Positions 15,269-29,201 of a stretch of DNA of 64,000 bases are shown one piece after another. Source of the stretch: Psilocybe cubensis. Taxonomy: Eukaryota. Below the pieces are notes generated by a model. The model worked only from the letters and a program-made list of their open reading frames with translations. It was not told where the DNA came from and did no database searches. Location: assembly GCA_017499595.2 (NCBI GenBank), contig CM038998.1, positions 3,968,001 to 4,032,000 on the forward strand. The letters are read 5' to 3'. The position numbers were made by a program, and so were the translations under genes. The stretch's first letter is position 1; the number at the start of each line of letters is the position of its first letter.

Positions 15269-17434
15269 GGCAGAAAGGAGGAAGGCGATGCTGTATCTGT
15301 GCCTTTCGGATGCTCTTTAAAGTATATGAAGGCGAAGGTACCCTCTGCATACTCCGAGACGAGATGCGGACAAGTTGCCGGTACGAAAATGGCCAAATAT
15401 CTGTCCGCGTGTTACAGGAACATCACGACATGATAGGATGATAGACGGGTCTTGCGCAAGTGTCCGGTACCGTACCGCAGAGATCGCTGTCATCTATTCA
15501 GTAATGGGAATTGGGAAGATCAAGAAACGAGTCCCGGCGGCAATTTCCTGTCAAACCACCAAAAAGAAACAGCCGAATAAAGATGAAGAAATCAGGAACA
15601 GGAGTTTGATTGAAAGTGGGGAGCGTACTGTTATGAATGCCAATAAACAGCTTTGAAAACAGGCAGATGTATCGGAGAACCATAATGTTAATAGAGTCTT
15701 CAACATTCAACCCCCATTGCCCTACACGCTGATGCTTTGTTGGGTGAGTTTGAACGTTTCATTCTAGAGAATTACAAATGTCCTCTAGAATTGGAGCTTT
15801 CCTTTGCTACAGTTCGGGGCTGGGCAGTGTACATTCGCATGGCTATCGTGATGAAGGTGGGTCAGCATCTATTTTTCGTACAAGAGTATAACAATAGAAT
15901 TCGAAATGGGACTACCTCTGTATCAGTAGATTCCCACTAATCAAGAAACCAGGTATTTGTTGACAGCCTTACTTTCTGATCTAACAGTCTCTCATGCCCT
16001 TCCATTATCGATATTTCTGTCCTGAAGGGTCCCCAATTGATTTAATTTTATCGATTTTGTCAAATTTTTTTTTCGTGGTCTTCAATGCATGGTCTGATAG
16101 CCGGCGGTGAAAAGTTCTTGACGACTTGAATCTGTGGTCGTAACGTAGGCGTAACTTGGCCCGGCGGTGAAGCTGGTTTCGATCCTAATCCATGCAAGGG
16201 TACAACATCCTTGTGGAAAACCTTAGGAGAAACCCTTTTGAAAATTGCATCTGTTGAACTTGCCAGTGCGCGTGATCCAGTCTCTCATAATGCTGACTAA
16301 GCTTCGAGATTTCGTCCAACTCGAATGGCATATCACTACCATTACTGTTGAACATAGTGCACAGTGCACACTGCCTTCATTCTCAAAGAGCTCGTGGCAG
16401 CCGTCGGACTTGCATATAAGGGGACTATTTGCGGAGATTCATGCTCCCCAGATCTGTCGACGGCATACACAGGCTGCACCCCCGAGCTATAAATAGACTT
16501 AGAAAACCATGAAAATTAGTTTAGATTTTACTTGCGAGGATCAGCTCAGAGTCTCTGAGCGCTAGAGCGTATATCAATATCTTTGGTGAAAGCCACGCCA
16601 CTAACATGAATTGCCATATTTGTCCAATTACCCGAAGGATCAGGGTACATTATAACCTCAAATTCCCTTATTTCCTCGGATATGTCGCTCTAACATACGC
16701 TATCTCAACACTTGTACCTCAACACCTCGGATCCGAGTCAGAATATTTACCATATGGATCAACGCACGTTATTGTCATTACTAGGCGTTGTCTCTACGCT
16801 TTAAGAATTGGTCTTACATCTGTAACTTCTTGGAAGTTAATGACCATTGCGTTCGAGGGCAGTCTGAGTGTGTCGGGAATAAACACCATACCATACAGTT
16901 GTAAGCATTCGTCCGTTTCCAATACTATCTATCTATGAGGTCTACAGTGTTATCAGGACTGTCACGATAGAATATATGCTCCGCTAAAATTTTCAGTGCC
17001 CTCGGAGTCCGAGCCTTTCAGTTTACCGAGTGTGAGTCGCTTGCAAGTTGCTGGACCACCCTCGGTACGGCCACAAGTTTGATGGAGTTTGGATACATTT
17101 ATTTAAGTTGCCGCAGATCAGCTACACCGGCGGCATCTATTAATTACCGTTTTGCTAGTTAGTTATCGAACACGTACAACAAGTCACGGACGTCCAAACT
17201 TATGATGGCCACATCCTCTTGGGTTGCCCCACTGAGCAATGGAGGTATCGCATAAAAATATGAAAGCTGGACTTGGTTGCTCAACTAAATAAACAGGTTA
17301 ACTAGACATACAGTCAACTACAAATCGGATATGTCTTCGAGATACAAATCACTGTTACAAATTGTTCAATCTACAGTAGCTTTTACAATACATATTATAT
17401 TGGATACAGAAATAAGATAAATACTTAATTATAA

Positions 17435-20390
17435 TCACCAATAAGGACCCTCTGCCTGGTAAAGCACCTTTGTGGCAGACCTGAACATCGAGGCGCTTGT
17501 CGTCGACTTGGAATGCGACCATCTTATATCTGCAGATGGTTTTGAATCCCGAGCGCTTAACAAGATCCTTTTGGAATCTTGATCAACATTCGACAATGGC
17601 GAAGAATTACCGCAGAAATTTGTTTGCGAATTTGGACTCGTCGGTACGTCAGTAGTGGGCGTAAGGAATCCAAGCGAAGAAACTAGGGCCTGTGAACGAA
17701 GAAGCATTAGAAACGGAGCGCTCCCCTCCCCTTGACGGAGAAAAACGAAAAACGAAAAACGAAAACGCACATAAAAGTTCTCTCTTTGGTCCTCCGTCAT
17801 CAACTTAGACATATTGCCCAATTGCTTCCCCCAAAGAGGGCCCGGAATTGAAGCATCGTTGACATCGTCGGCAGCGTCTATCAGATCTACGTCGAGCTTG
17901 GAAGATACTTCTTTTTCTATTCTCGCAGAAAGGCCTTCACCGGCGATATCCATACCCATGCTGTCTCCATCACCTTGTTCCGCCTTATCCAAACAGGCAT
18001 TTGCCATATCCTCGAATGCATCACGGAAGGGCTCAGCTGCGACAAAATGCTGGGCATACAAAAATAGTGTATTCGAACACGCGCGTATGGCCTTATTTGC
18101 CGATGCACGAGTAACGACGCGGGGATCGAGGTGTAAGCAATGCAAAAGGGTCAAACCTGACAGAAAGACTGAGTGGAGGGCAGAAAGGGAGAGGCTGACT
18201 GGTGGGACTTGGTGGAGTTTGCGTTGGGCCTAAGGGAAAAGTATTGTTAGCCCATGTAGCCTGTGGAGATTGTGCACCCGAAACGATACCTCAAGAGAAC
18301 CAGCAGCGGCATGAGCACAACGTGATAGTAGCGGGTCAGAGGAGTCGGCATTGATCGTGAGAGGCCTCAGCAAAAATAAAGTCGCCTCGTAGTACCGCCA
18401 CAAAAACCATTCAGGGGTGCAGCACGGTGGAGAAGGTGGGTCGAGACCCTCAATTTTGCGTGGGATGTTGGCCTTCCAGCTAATCAATGACAATCAGAAA
18501 TACGATCCTATTTCAAGTTGGTTAGGGAAAACAGTCTCACCGGTCTAATCTGGCCAAAATTCTGGCAACCTCATTCTCCATCTCAGGGGGAGTCTCCACT
18601 CGGTCTACCCGATACATTAGTCGCTGTATCTCGCTTTCAATCTGTCGACACTTGATGATATGCAAGGCAGACGTCATCGTAGTAATAGGTTTTGCTATAC
18701 GAAATTGTTCCTCGGAGGGAGATGGTGCCGTGGATGCATGCAATTCCTTCTCTGACATTTCCCTCAACGCAGTGTCGTCGCTTTCGGCGAAGTCGATGTC
18801 CATGGGAAGCTAAATATAAGCCTCAGGTTTCGAAGACCATTAAAGTTCAGAGGCTTACCTCCACATCAATATCAGCGTCCTGAATTCCGAGGGGGCGACC
18901 CATGTTGAGAGCCATGAATCTGTCCAAGCCGTAGGCAGACCAAAATATTCTGCGCCGCAGTTCAACGGTATACGGATCTCTTAACCTTGCTTGTCGACTG
19001 GCTTTCCGATGAAGACCCAGTTCAATTGACCTAAACCGCCATAGGTTAGGCCAAATAGACAACAGATGCTCAAAACTTACAGCCTCAACGCTATACCTAC
19101 AAGGTGCCATACACTTGGCCCTTCTGTACACCGTAGTGAGTACACAGCTAGAAGTAAGAACGCTACATTCAAATCAATGACATGGAACGGTTGGTGAGAA
19201 ATGTTTGATCACGCACCCTGGATATTGGCAAGATTGTGAAGAGTGACAATGTTGTCCAAATATTCCATCGCTTTCGCGTAATAAACCTCAGGTGCATGAA
19301 GCCCTGGCAATGCAGTAGATTGAAGCAAGCGAGCTCCAGTGGCATACATCAGCCTTCCAGAAAGAAAATTCAACGCTTTTATCATGTATAAACATAGAAA
19401 CACTGACCAAATGAAGAAAGCAGCTGTCCGGTCGCTCTCCACTTTGTGTTCCTCTACAAGATACCTATCTCTATCGGCATGCCAGGCGTTAAAACTTCGC
19501 CAACATTGGAAAGGATACCGCGCCTGAATATGTTCATAGACAGCTCGGATTAAAATATCTGCAACGGCAGGTGAGGGTATGCAAGGCAGGCCGGACGTCG
19601 GAGTTGCCTTGCGCTTATTTCTGAAGTCGGGAAGATCACGAAATCGGTGTATGTGGGCTCTGTTTGAGGAGAGCCGATTAGGTTCTAGCGTCCTAAACAA
19701 ACATCAAGCTCGATGAATTGACATCTACAAATGTTACCCACCCTAGAACTGTCTTCGCCCACGACCACCCACTACTAGCTCCGACATAATGAGGTTCTGC
19801 GGCACCATGGAGGGAGAGAAGTGCAATTCCTCGTGCAACTTGTTCTTCTTCATCACCGCCGTCATCAGTCGTTGATTCCCATCCCCTTGATGCAATGGGG
19901 GATGAAGAAGTAGAATTGGCAGATTGATCCCAGTGATCATTGCCGTAGCCGCCAGATGGGTTCAAAGCCTGTAGGTGACTCTCCAAATCAGCCACCCGAG
20001 TTTCTAGACTGTGAACGTCTAGAGAGAAATTATATGAACGTGTCCAAAGTAATTAGACACGCACTCACAGTCATCGGGGTATGCTGACTTTTTCACCTTT
20101 TCGGTGACTAAACATTCTGGGTACTTCGTTAATCCTCACAGTACAGATGAAGGAAGAATTAACTTACCAACATTGGACTTCCTACAAGCACGGCATGGTC
20201 CATGATCGAATTCCTGCAAATCGCATCGTTGCTTCCTTGCCTTGCATCTTACACAAGCGTTGACCGTTCGCCTAGGCCGTTTCCTCCCATTCAATCTTTC
20301 CTCCCTTTCTGAGTCCGTTTCGGCGATCGCAAATGTTGACTGCATAGTACCGAGAAGGGATGAAGACGCGACGGAGCTTTGAACAGACAT
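17435..20390 (-). CDS. Zn(II)2Cys6 transcription factor with fungal middle-homology domain (PPR1/UaY-like), multi-exon
   Basis: CVRCKARKQRCD...CRACRKSNV|C zinc cluster, YVHSLETRVADLE coiled coil, HYVGASSG motif, and ELRRRIFWSAYGLDRFMALNMGRPLGIQDADIDV (Fungal_trans). Confidence 0.9.
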
Positions 20391-21381
20391 CAAGTTGCTG
20401 TGAACCCTGGCGTTTCATAATATATAAGGAGAGATAACAAATAGAAGACATATAGATACCAGATACTAGATAGCCAGCGATAGAGAATGAAGAACCAATT
20501 ACAAATCTATTGCCCCAGGCCAATCATATCTCCACACAGTGCCAAGGTGTTTGTTTTGGTGTAATTAATCGCTTGAACTGTGCTTGAACAGCCGTTTCTT
20601 TTATCTGCAATTGAAAAGGGGTTATTGCAAAAGTGATAAGAAGAACAAGCTTGCATGAGAATGCTGTAAGAATGCATCATGATATAGGCGTCTAGAGAGA
20701 ATTGAAGTGTAATCATACCGGATACGCTGAAACTGCTAGCAATTTGTGAGGTGAGTCGACACATAATTAGCTTTTGGAAGTTTATCCTGTACATCAATCG
20801 GAAAAGTAAAAACCCGTTTCTTTAGTAGGCAGAAGAAAGTCGAGGATTGGCCTGGAAATATATGTATATGTCCGTGGAATCAAGGTGCATTTGTGAGTTC
20901 AATAGTGTAGCGTGAACGTTTAAATCTTTCGTGGCTTCCAGTAAAACGAGTCCATTAATCAACGTTGACGTAGGTTGACGTTCGATGGCCACCGCCAGGA
21001 TCGTCCCGAGGATTCAGATGACAAGTCACGTGTATTTAAACTCCGATTTGAAGTTTGCAATTTCAAATGTATAAAAGTTGGGAAGTTCCATTGAGCGACG
21101 CATTTGGGTCAAACTTGATTTTGTTAGCTCTGCATGGACTTTGATAGACAACTCCAACGTATCTTCAAGACCAAACTCAATATACTTCTCAATGATCGAT
21201 AGATTGTGTCTGTGAACACTCAGCCGGCACGGTTTTATTTGCTTTGAACACAACGGAATGGACATCCGACCGAACGACGGACTAACCTGCCGACAGTATC
21301 AATTATAAACCTCTGAAAAGACGGCGATGGGGAGTGCTTTCGTACCTCTCTGCTCCTTTACTTTTCTTGATTTCAAACATC

Positions 21382-23678
21382 ATGGTGGAGATACAAGACC
21401 AGACATCGCGACTAACCGGCATACAGTTGCTCATTGTGAGTATAGAAAACCAGTATGCGTTCTTCGATTGAAGCTTATGAACACTGACAGGTCTTTCTTG
21501 GACTCAATCTGGCTCTTCTAATTAGTTTTCTTGATTCCACTTCCGTTTCAACTGCGCTGCCGGACATTGCCAGCGATCTCAAAGCTGGAAATAGGTTAGT
21601 CTCATTCCGTATTTATGCGTGCGCTCTGAGTGCTGAAGATATAACGCGAAATTTCCAGTATAAGTTGGACTGGAACATCTTTCCTCGTTGCAAACACTGG
21701 TTTCCAAATTATAACGGCACGCCTAAGCGATATTTTTGGGAGGAAAGCTGTGTTGATATCCTGTGTTCGTTCAGCTCGTTTTTCACAGTCATAATTAAAC
21801 TAAAAACCTTGACTACTACTTATATCAGCTATTTTTGTTTGGATTTGGAGATCTTCTTTGTGGATTTGCAACATCCGAAGCTTGGTTATATGCTTGTCGC
21901 TCCATCGCTGGAATAGGCGGCGGTGGAATTAACTCACTTACGGTATGTAGCAAGTTTTCGATCCAGTCCGGTCTATTCCATCCATTAAACCGATCCACAA
22001 GATGATAATTTTATCTGACATTGTCAGTATCGAAAAACGCGCAAAATATCAGGGCCTTTTGGGAATCTCAATTGCTCTTGGTTCTGGAATCGGGCCTCTC
22101 ATAGGAGGTTCCCTCGCAGAGAAAGCGTCATGGCGGTGGACATTCTGGTTCACCGTGCCGTTGACATTGTGCACTATTCTCGTGATTGGAATTCTTCTCC
22201 CTCTAAAGCACGTCAAAGGTGGCGCAAAGGTAGCGTTGATTCTGCATCGTTCGAATGTTTGTGGTTTGAGCAGCCAATATTTTCAGGAAAAATTGAAGCA
22301 GATCGATTGGCTCGGGTCGATGTTGAGCCTCGCTGCCATCGTGATGATCCTTGTACCTATTTCTGGAGGAGGAACCTTGTATGAATGGGTGTCCCCTACG
22401 TTCCTTGTGTTGTTGATAACCGGCTTGACCCTGGCGGTCATCTTTGTCCTGGTCGAATTCAAATATGCTAAATTACCTGTGATGCCATTACACATGTACG
22501 TGTAAACTATTCCATCAGCAGGGTTGAAAAAGCTGACTGTAATATCTTGCAGGTTCCGAGTACCCACCGTATCCCTAATCCTAATGCAGACATTTTTTGT
22601 TGGTATGATTTTCTATGGTGGAATGTTCTTTACACCTATGTACGTCTTCGTTGCACAATTAACTTTGAAAATTCTCAACAAAAACCGAACTTCTAGCTAC
22701 CTGCAGAACGTATTGGGGTACTCTCCCATCATGTCAGGCGTCCTTATTCTTCCCCTGGTGCTCATTCAAGTCTTCTCAACCTCGGCCATGGGGTTCATCA
22801 CTGAAAAAACGGATAGCCTCAAACCGTGGATTATTTTGGGATTTAGCATCTGGCTTGTAGGCCAGGCCGCCCAGACGGTGTTCGATCGCACAACTAGCGT
22901 AGCAAAAATTGTGGTTATTCTCTTGATTCAAGGCATTGGTGTAGGCGGAACACTTCAAAGTGCGTGTCTTTCCTCTTGGGAAATTTAGTCTTATTGACGA
23001 ATTACCACAGCGAGTGCGTTCAAATGTCATTTATGATATTGTCATCTGTGAGAATAATAGTTTTGATCTAGCCCTTGTACTTGCCCAAGCTTCTGCGCCT
23101 CCACTCGACAGAGCCGTCGTCACTGGTACAAGAAAGTAAGCATCATTTACCAATGGTTAGGTTTCTACGGTAACACGTAAATAATTAGCTTCGCCCGCAC
23201 GAGTGGAGGCGCTCTAGGCCTCGCAGCCTCAAACGCAATCCTGAACAATCTCTTCAGCAAAAACCTCCCAGAATCTCTTTCACCGTCCTTGCGGACGGGT
23301 CTTCTCGAAAGCATTTCTAATATGCCGGCTGACCTGGACGCGCAAACTCGTGATGCGATTCTGAACGCCTACAATGACGCTATTCATTGGGTATTTGTGT
23401 ACTTCGCGCCTGTCATTGGCCTTTGCCTGTTCTTGTCTTTCTTCATGACCGTGAGTTATCTTGGATTAATTTAAAAGGCTCCAATCGCATCTAAATTTTC
23501 AACACAGGACCAGCATCTACGACGTCGAGGGTCTAACGACGACAGCAAAGTATCTGCGGCAAAAGGAGACCATGAACAGGGCACTATCGACGAAAAGCAT
23601 TCTGCAAAGAATAAGGAAAATGCCATAAGCAACGTAACGACAATGTTCGTTGTCTCTCGATCGCCATCTCGCAGTTGA
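21382..23678 (+). CDS. MFS drug:H+ antiporter (DHA2, 14-TM type), multi-exon
   Basis: MVEIQDQTSRL...SFLDSTSVSTALPDIASDL, RLSDIFGRK, IILSDIVSIEKRAKYQG, GPLIGG, WRWTFW, KLKQIDWLG. Last-exon TGA at 23676-23678; the 3' end is approximate. Confidence 0.88.
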
Positions 23679-23880
23679 TGAGTGCATTACGACCCAACAT
23701 TACTCTTATTTGACGCCCAGAACGACGACTCGAAACGATTGTGCACTAACAAAAAAATGTAATATACATACATATACCACCGCTTATAGATTTACATCAG
23801 ATCATTTTCTAAAAGAAATCGTTGCCGTGAGTCTACTTTACGTTCCCGCGGACCGTCTATGCAGTATACTCTACCATCGC

Positions 23881-26354
23881 TCAACCAAAAATTCTCTTCT
23901 TAATTTCCTGACGCGCCCTGTCGCGCTCATGTTGGGCGTTCCCGTCGCCCAGCACAGATTTGTTCTCAATCGCGCGGCGACTGAGGTAAGGCATTACCTA
24001 CATACAGGTCAATGGATTTGATTTCTATACAGATGAAAATAATTTGTGAAACTTACGTCCGCTAAAGCACCATACGGGACATATCTAAAGCATGATCAGA
24101 ACTACAAAGCACTCAATGTAAACTCGCACATGAACTTACTTGATAACAAAAGGAGTGCTAGATGATATTCTATTGACAACCCAGTCTGTCAAGTCGTCGC
24201 TCATTCCTAGAAAACATAATAAGGTTAGAAAACTCCGAAAAGAGTCGATTGGTTTTTCCCGACCGTATAGTTGCCCAATGGCCACTCTCTCCACGACTTC
24301 TTCCTGAACGGTGATCCTTCCAATGGACTCTGAAACGGACCCCGAATCTTCTTCCACGCCCAAGCCATTTCGAACCAGCTCTTTTAGAATCAAAGCGCAA
24401 CTGTCCCAGTTGTGCGTCCCAAAAAGTACCCCAATTCGTGGCGTAGCATTCATGCTGGTAGTCCTCTGCTCCTCTTTGGATATGGAATAAACAGGACTAG
24501 AGCCAGCACCAACAATGCTATATATCCGTCCTCTTAAGTAAGAGAAGTTACTTGAAATATCACCCATCGTCGTAAGCTGAGCATCTGTGGCATTTGAAGG
24601 CCTCCTCTTCTTCGACCTCGTAACATCTTCTTTGATGGCCTCGATAAGCACCTTCACACAGGCATTATATCTCTCATCTGTATCCCTCTTCTCCGTCCAC
24701 ACTGGAGGCTCTATATCAGGTGATATTGAAAGGGACGGTCTGCGCTGCATGGTCGCGACACGATCGAAACTCGAATCAGCAGCCCCATGTGCGCGGTCAA
24801 ACTCCAGTGCTGCCTCATGCGCGGAGATTTCGTGAGGGTGGTACGCGCCTCTTACAAGCTTAACTCCAAGAGCATAGTTATGTGCGCGTGCATCTGCAAG
24901 GGCAAGCGACAGTTGCTGAGGTGTCCTAAATGCGGCGGAAAGTGGCGTAAGTATTAAAGTAGAGAATAACCATATAGAAATGTATACCTCCTGAGGTATG
25001 CCTGGAATGTGTTATACACCAAAGGTTGTATAAGGGCAGAGCCTGACTGCTTCTTATCGAGGGAGTTGAATTCTCGCATTAGCGCCAACGTGAGCGCGTC
25101 AATCGCTGGTTGATACCAGCTACAACGAAAAATATGCTACTTCAGTTAAGCACATGGAAAAAATGCTTCAGTACACGCACCTGTATTCAGCGTCAACGAT
25201 AACCTTCACTCCGCGTTCCTGCGCCTTTATGCATATCCTCCTCAGGTTTGAGTATAGCTCCCTTAGCTCACGGATCTGTGAAGCCGATATAACGGGTGCC
25301 CGGGCCGCATCATCATCACCAGAGATAGGGGCAGGTGAAGCCAATGAAAGCACACCCAAGTCCTCAATCTTCGCAGCCCCAGGAAACGGGATTGCATCCT
25401 CAGGGAGAGAGGACCCAAGGAACTTTGATTTTGAACGCGACTTGGAGGCGACGATGTGTGAGGAGAGCGCGATCAGAGCGTGCGCGTCTGGAAGCAGGGC
25501 GGTCATCTTGACGGCAACCCATGTTCGTTTCCCCCGGTTGGTCTCCTTCCAGCCATGAACGCCGTTACTCCTGTCGTATACGCCGTCTTCAAAGTTTGCT
25601 GCGACGTCAATACAATGTATCATCTCGTCTACAATGCGTTTGTACGGCGGGGCTTTCGGTATCGATTCTGAACCTGGTCCTGCGTGTTGTTGTCCAACAG
25701 AGGAAGAAGCAAAAGAGGTAGTAGGTAAGTCCACGGTCTCAGCAGAAGAAGAAGAAATAGAGGCACCGGTTGCCTCATTCTCGTCTACTTCCACGGAGTA
25801 CGCGAACAGGACGCCTCTGTTTGCCGCGCGCATGGTGCGTAGTAACGGAATGGCTTCTTCTGCGCTATCTGCTCCTACAAACTACCCATCAGAAAAGCAT
25901 TGATAAGTACAGTGATACCTTGCAAGGGTACAAACTGACGTACTTGGTCGAAGAAAGTCGCTCTCACGAACGCCTCAGTAACCTGTCTAACACCAGGAAC
26001 AGAAGAAAGCACGGATAGAATCTTCGGAGAGGCATCGACGAGGGACGGAACAGAGCACATCGAGTACACAGCGTACGCACGGATCAGGGATCCCAATGAC
26101 GTCGGTGGCGGCGGGGGAGCTTTCTCATCGGAGGATTCATGGTCGGCGTATATGGACTTTGCTAGCAAGATGGAAGACCCCGCCGCAGCGATTGTAAAAA
26201 GAGTCGTTCGTGCCAACACGTTTCCCGTTAGCCACGCATTCCTAGAAGGCGGGGAGGTGCTGTATGTTCTTTGAGTAGGGTTCCAGTTCCTCTTGGTGGC
26301 TGGCGAAAGGCGTAGGCGAAGTCCGATTTTAGAGAGATGACTAGTATGGTGCAT
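23881..26354 (-). CDS. PUT1: Mitochondrial proline dehydrogenase (proline oxidase), multi-exon
   Basis: Arg/Ser-rich presequence, VRATFFDQ|FVGADS, AVKMTAL, VIVDAEY, YNTFQAYLR, GVKLVRGAY, FGTHN, GQLYGM, KYVPYG, VMPYLSRRAIENKS. Ends RIFG* at 23881. Confidence 0.93.
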
Positions 26355-27069
26355 GAAGATGTGGGGGGACCAGTAGATGACAAAATTAGGGAGATGGTGA
26401 ACCGATGCAAGTCGGAACTCCCATTATAAACAATATCGCGAGCAGGTTGGAACTTGCAAGGGCGGATCTTGAGCCATGAGAATCCAGTTCGGTAGCAGGC
26501 CCGCTTTTTGATTATTCGGGTAATCACATCCCGTGATATGGTAATGCTACCTACCAAAGGACCCCAATCGACTAACCACTCATTTGCCGTAACCCAAAAC
26601 TGTCTCGATAACAGAAATAAAAAAGCATGTTGTCAGACAGATTACATGTATAAGAAAGGAAGCAAGCAGTAAAGAAATACAGCGAATGTTCATTTATGTT
26701 GATAACCTTGGATGATTGGTTGAGGTGCCGTGAATACAAAGGGGTTCGTAGACCACAACGGGTACTCAGCACAATAAATTATGCACGCAAGTTATCCATA
26801 TCGAAGACAGTAGATAAGCTTTTTCTCGATGGCCAGAACGCTGATGTTGATCATGTCCACGATATTATTGCCGGTATGGTATTATTTTTGGGTCGTAGTG
26901 TTGCAAAGCGTTGGCGACAGGGCTTTGAGGACGCTATGCGAATGACTTCAAGGTCACGAGAGCTGCGCCCAAGGTGTCCAAAACACAATATCCGATAAAA
27001 TGGTTGAACATTCATTAGATCCGAATGAGAGCAGTGCCCGTCGTCGCTGCCCATGCCATCGAAAACGTA

Positions 27070-28229
27070 TCACTGGGCTCCTTTCCCAAGGGAGAAAACA
27101 TCGTCCATTCTTGCTCCGAGTTCTCTCAGCATCTCGCCCCCTCCGGGTACGAGAATGATGCGTCCTCGAACATCAAGACCGAATGTGTCATGCTTTCGCT
27201 CTTCCTGGATAAGTGGTGGTAAAGGAGCAACGTAAGGGTAATTCAACCAGTGCTGAGCGGACTGTTAAAAAGCATCAGATTTTTAACAACATGAGAAAAG
27301 AAGCAAAATATGCCAAAGAATCGGACTTTTATAAGGATATCATCTTCCGGGTGGTAGGGGTATATTCCATCTGCAGGTCTCGCCATGGCATTCTCCTCGT
27401 GAGGAGGACGGTGCTTTTTCTGCTTTTTCGAGGAGTTGTCGCGTCTGTTGGAGGCGGTGTTGGCGAGTATAGCTTCTTCCTCTTCAGTGAGGTGGTATAC
27501 ACGAGAAATGAACAACAGATGCGTAAATTGATACGGCTCTCCCTAAAAATACTGTTAGCATCGAGGGTGAATATACCGAGAAATTCCACGCACATCTGCA
27601 TTAGCCCATTGAACCTCATTCGCCAGCATCTGGTACATTGGGGGGACGACTTGCACGGGAAGATTTTTCAACCGCTCACAGAGCACCAAGCCTACGTGCG
27701 CCTGGGATTGTGAGAACAGGGCTTTGAGAGTTGCGTGGAACGCCGGATCGTGCGCCTCCGTCACGGCCAACAAGTAGTTGGCGATGGCCTTGATAGAAGT
27801 ATTTTGCTGCAAAAGTCCAGGTCAACAGACAGCATTAGTTCCGTCCATCAGTGAAATGGTCTAAATACAAAAAGTACACACATGATGGAGATGCATATTG
27901 AGCACCGTGAAAAGTGCCATCGGGTCGCTTTCCAATCCGTCCGTTTTGATGGTCGTACCAACCGTGGGTTGCGAGAGCACAAGTTCGGTGAGTTCATGTG
28001 TATGTAGCTGTTCCACATCCCGCTGAAAGAGCTGCTTGAACAAAAGCTTTATCGCATGGTAGTCGATCTTGGGGTTGGGGTCGTAGAATTCAAAGGAAAC
28101 CTCTACAGTGCTCTGGAGCGTCACAATAGCATCAGTAAACTGCATATATATATATTACAAACTAATTACAATGTCTGACGACGAAGATTCGTTTCCATCG
28201 TCGTCTGAATCTTGTTTTCTCTTGGGCAT
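27070..28229 (-). CDS. BCP1: Bcp1/BCCIP family protein (60S ribosome biogenesis), multi-exon
   Basis: MPKRKQ-acidic N-terminus, VSFEFYDPNPKIDYHAIK, VGTTIKTDG, LVLCERLKNLPVQVVPPMY, YPYHPEDD. Last exon ends LGKGAQ* at 27070. Confidence 0.88.
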
Positions 28230-28479
28230 GGTTTGGGTAAGGGAAAGAGACTGTTTAAAATATTATCACCGAGAAAAAGTTCTGTGATCGTTATCTTATC
28301 TTATCTTTTAGCTCAGTTTGATTAACCGAAGCGAAGGGAATAGAACTTTGAAGATATTCCAGTGGTTGTGGATTTGAGAAATGTGTATAGTATATACAAA
28401 ATCGTACAAAATGAATGAACTACCGTGAAAACATGTGCCGTGAAATCATGAAATGTCAAAATAGAGAGTTACGAGCCAT

Positions 28480-28950
28480 GATCTCCAGTCTTCGACCAAC
28501 TCAGCCCTGTGTTAGGTTCAACCTGCGTTTTGAAGCTCCTAGATCTTCAGTGTGCTTGGTAGTTTCAATGTCGTCGTCCGAGCCGCCCGTACGTGGTAGG
28601 AAAAGTTTGAAGGTGAGGATTTGCAATCGTTTAAATAAAAAAAATTCAACTGAGGAGCGGAGGGAAATGAAAAGACACAGCTATAGTAACCACCAGAGCA
28701 GCCCCTTGTTGGACAGATTCAGGGTCATAAGTGGCGGGGGACGCTCGTCACAAGCTTTCCTTCCATGAGGAAATTTTAAACATGCGGAACATTTGGAAAC
28801 AGCGATGAAAGAGGTCCGCGATTCTAGCATAGGACGACAGGTCTCTGAGCTTTTCTACGTATACACGCTCTGAGTAAGTAATGTTCATGATGACCTTTAT
28901 TAATAAGACGCCCACAATGTAGCTAAGAGATGCAATGTATGGAAGCATGT
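28480..28950 (-). pseudogene. Degenerate 3' relic of a sixth FunK1-type kinase copy
   Basis: ORF 28748-28948 (MLPYIASLSYIV...MNITYSER...LRDLSSYARIADLFH) aligns by eye with MLPSISVLRYIV...MNIAYSER...LRDPLSYAIIVNLFH of the intact copies. 28500-28610 resembles their acidic/basic tail. Broken by stops and indels. Confidence 0.75.
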
Positions 28951-29201
28951 TATTTTTCAGGGCCCAATGCTCTCCATCATGATTGTCAGGCTCCTACTAA
29001 ATAGTAAGTCGCCGCTTTGATTGCATGCAAATGTATAACATTGAATCAACTAGTAATTTAATTTCTTTTCGACGTTTGGCCGAGGAGGAAGATTTGTTCC
29101 CACAATCTCCATTGCAGGAAATGGATATAGTGCATAAAATGATACAAAGTGAAGATATCAAAAGAGAGATTGAGGGCGTTATTTATCTCCATCAAGATGA
29201 A

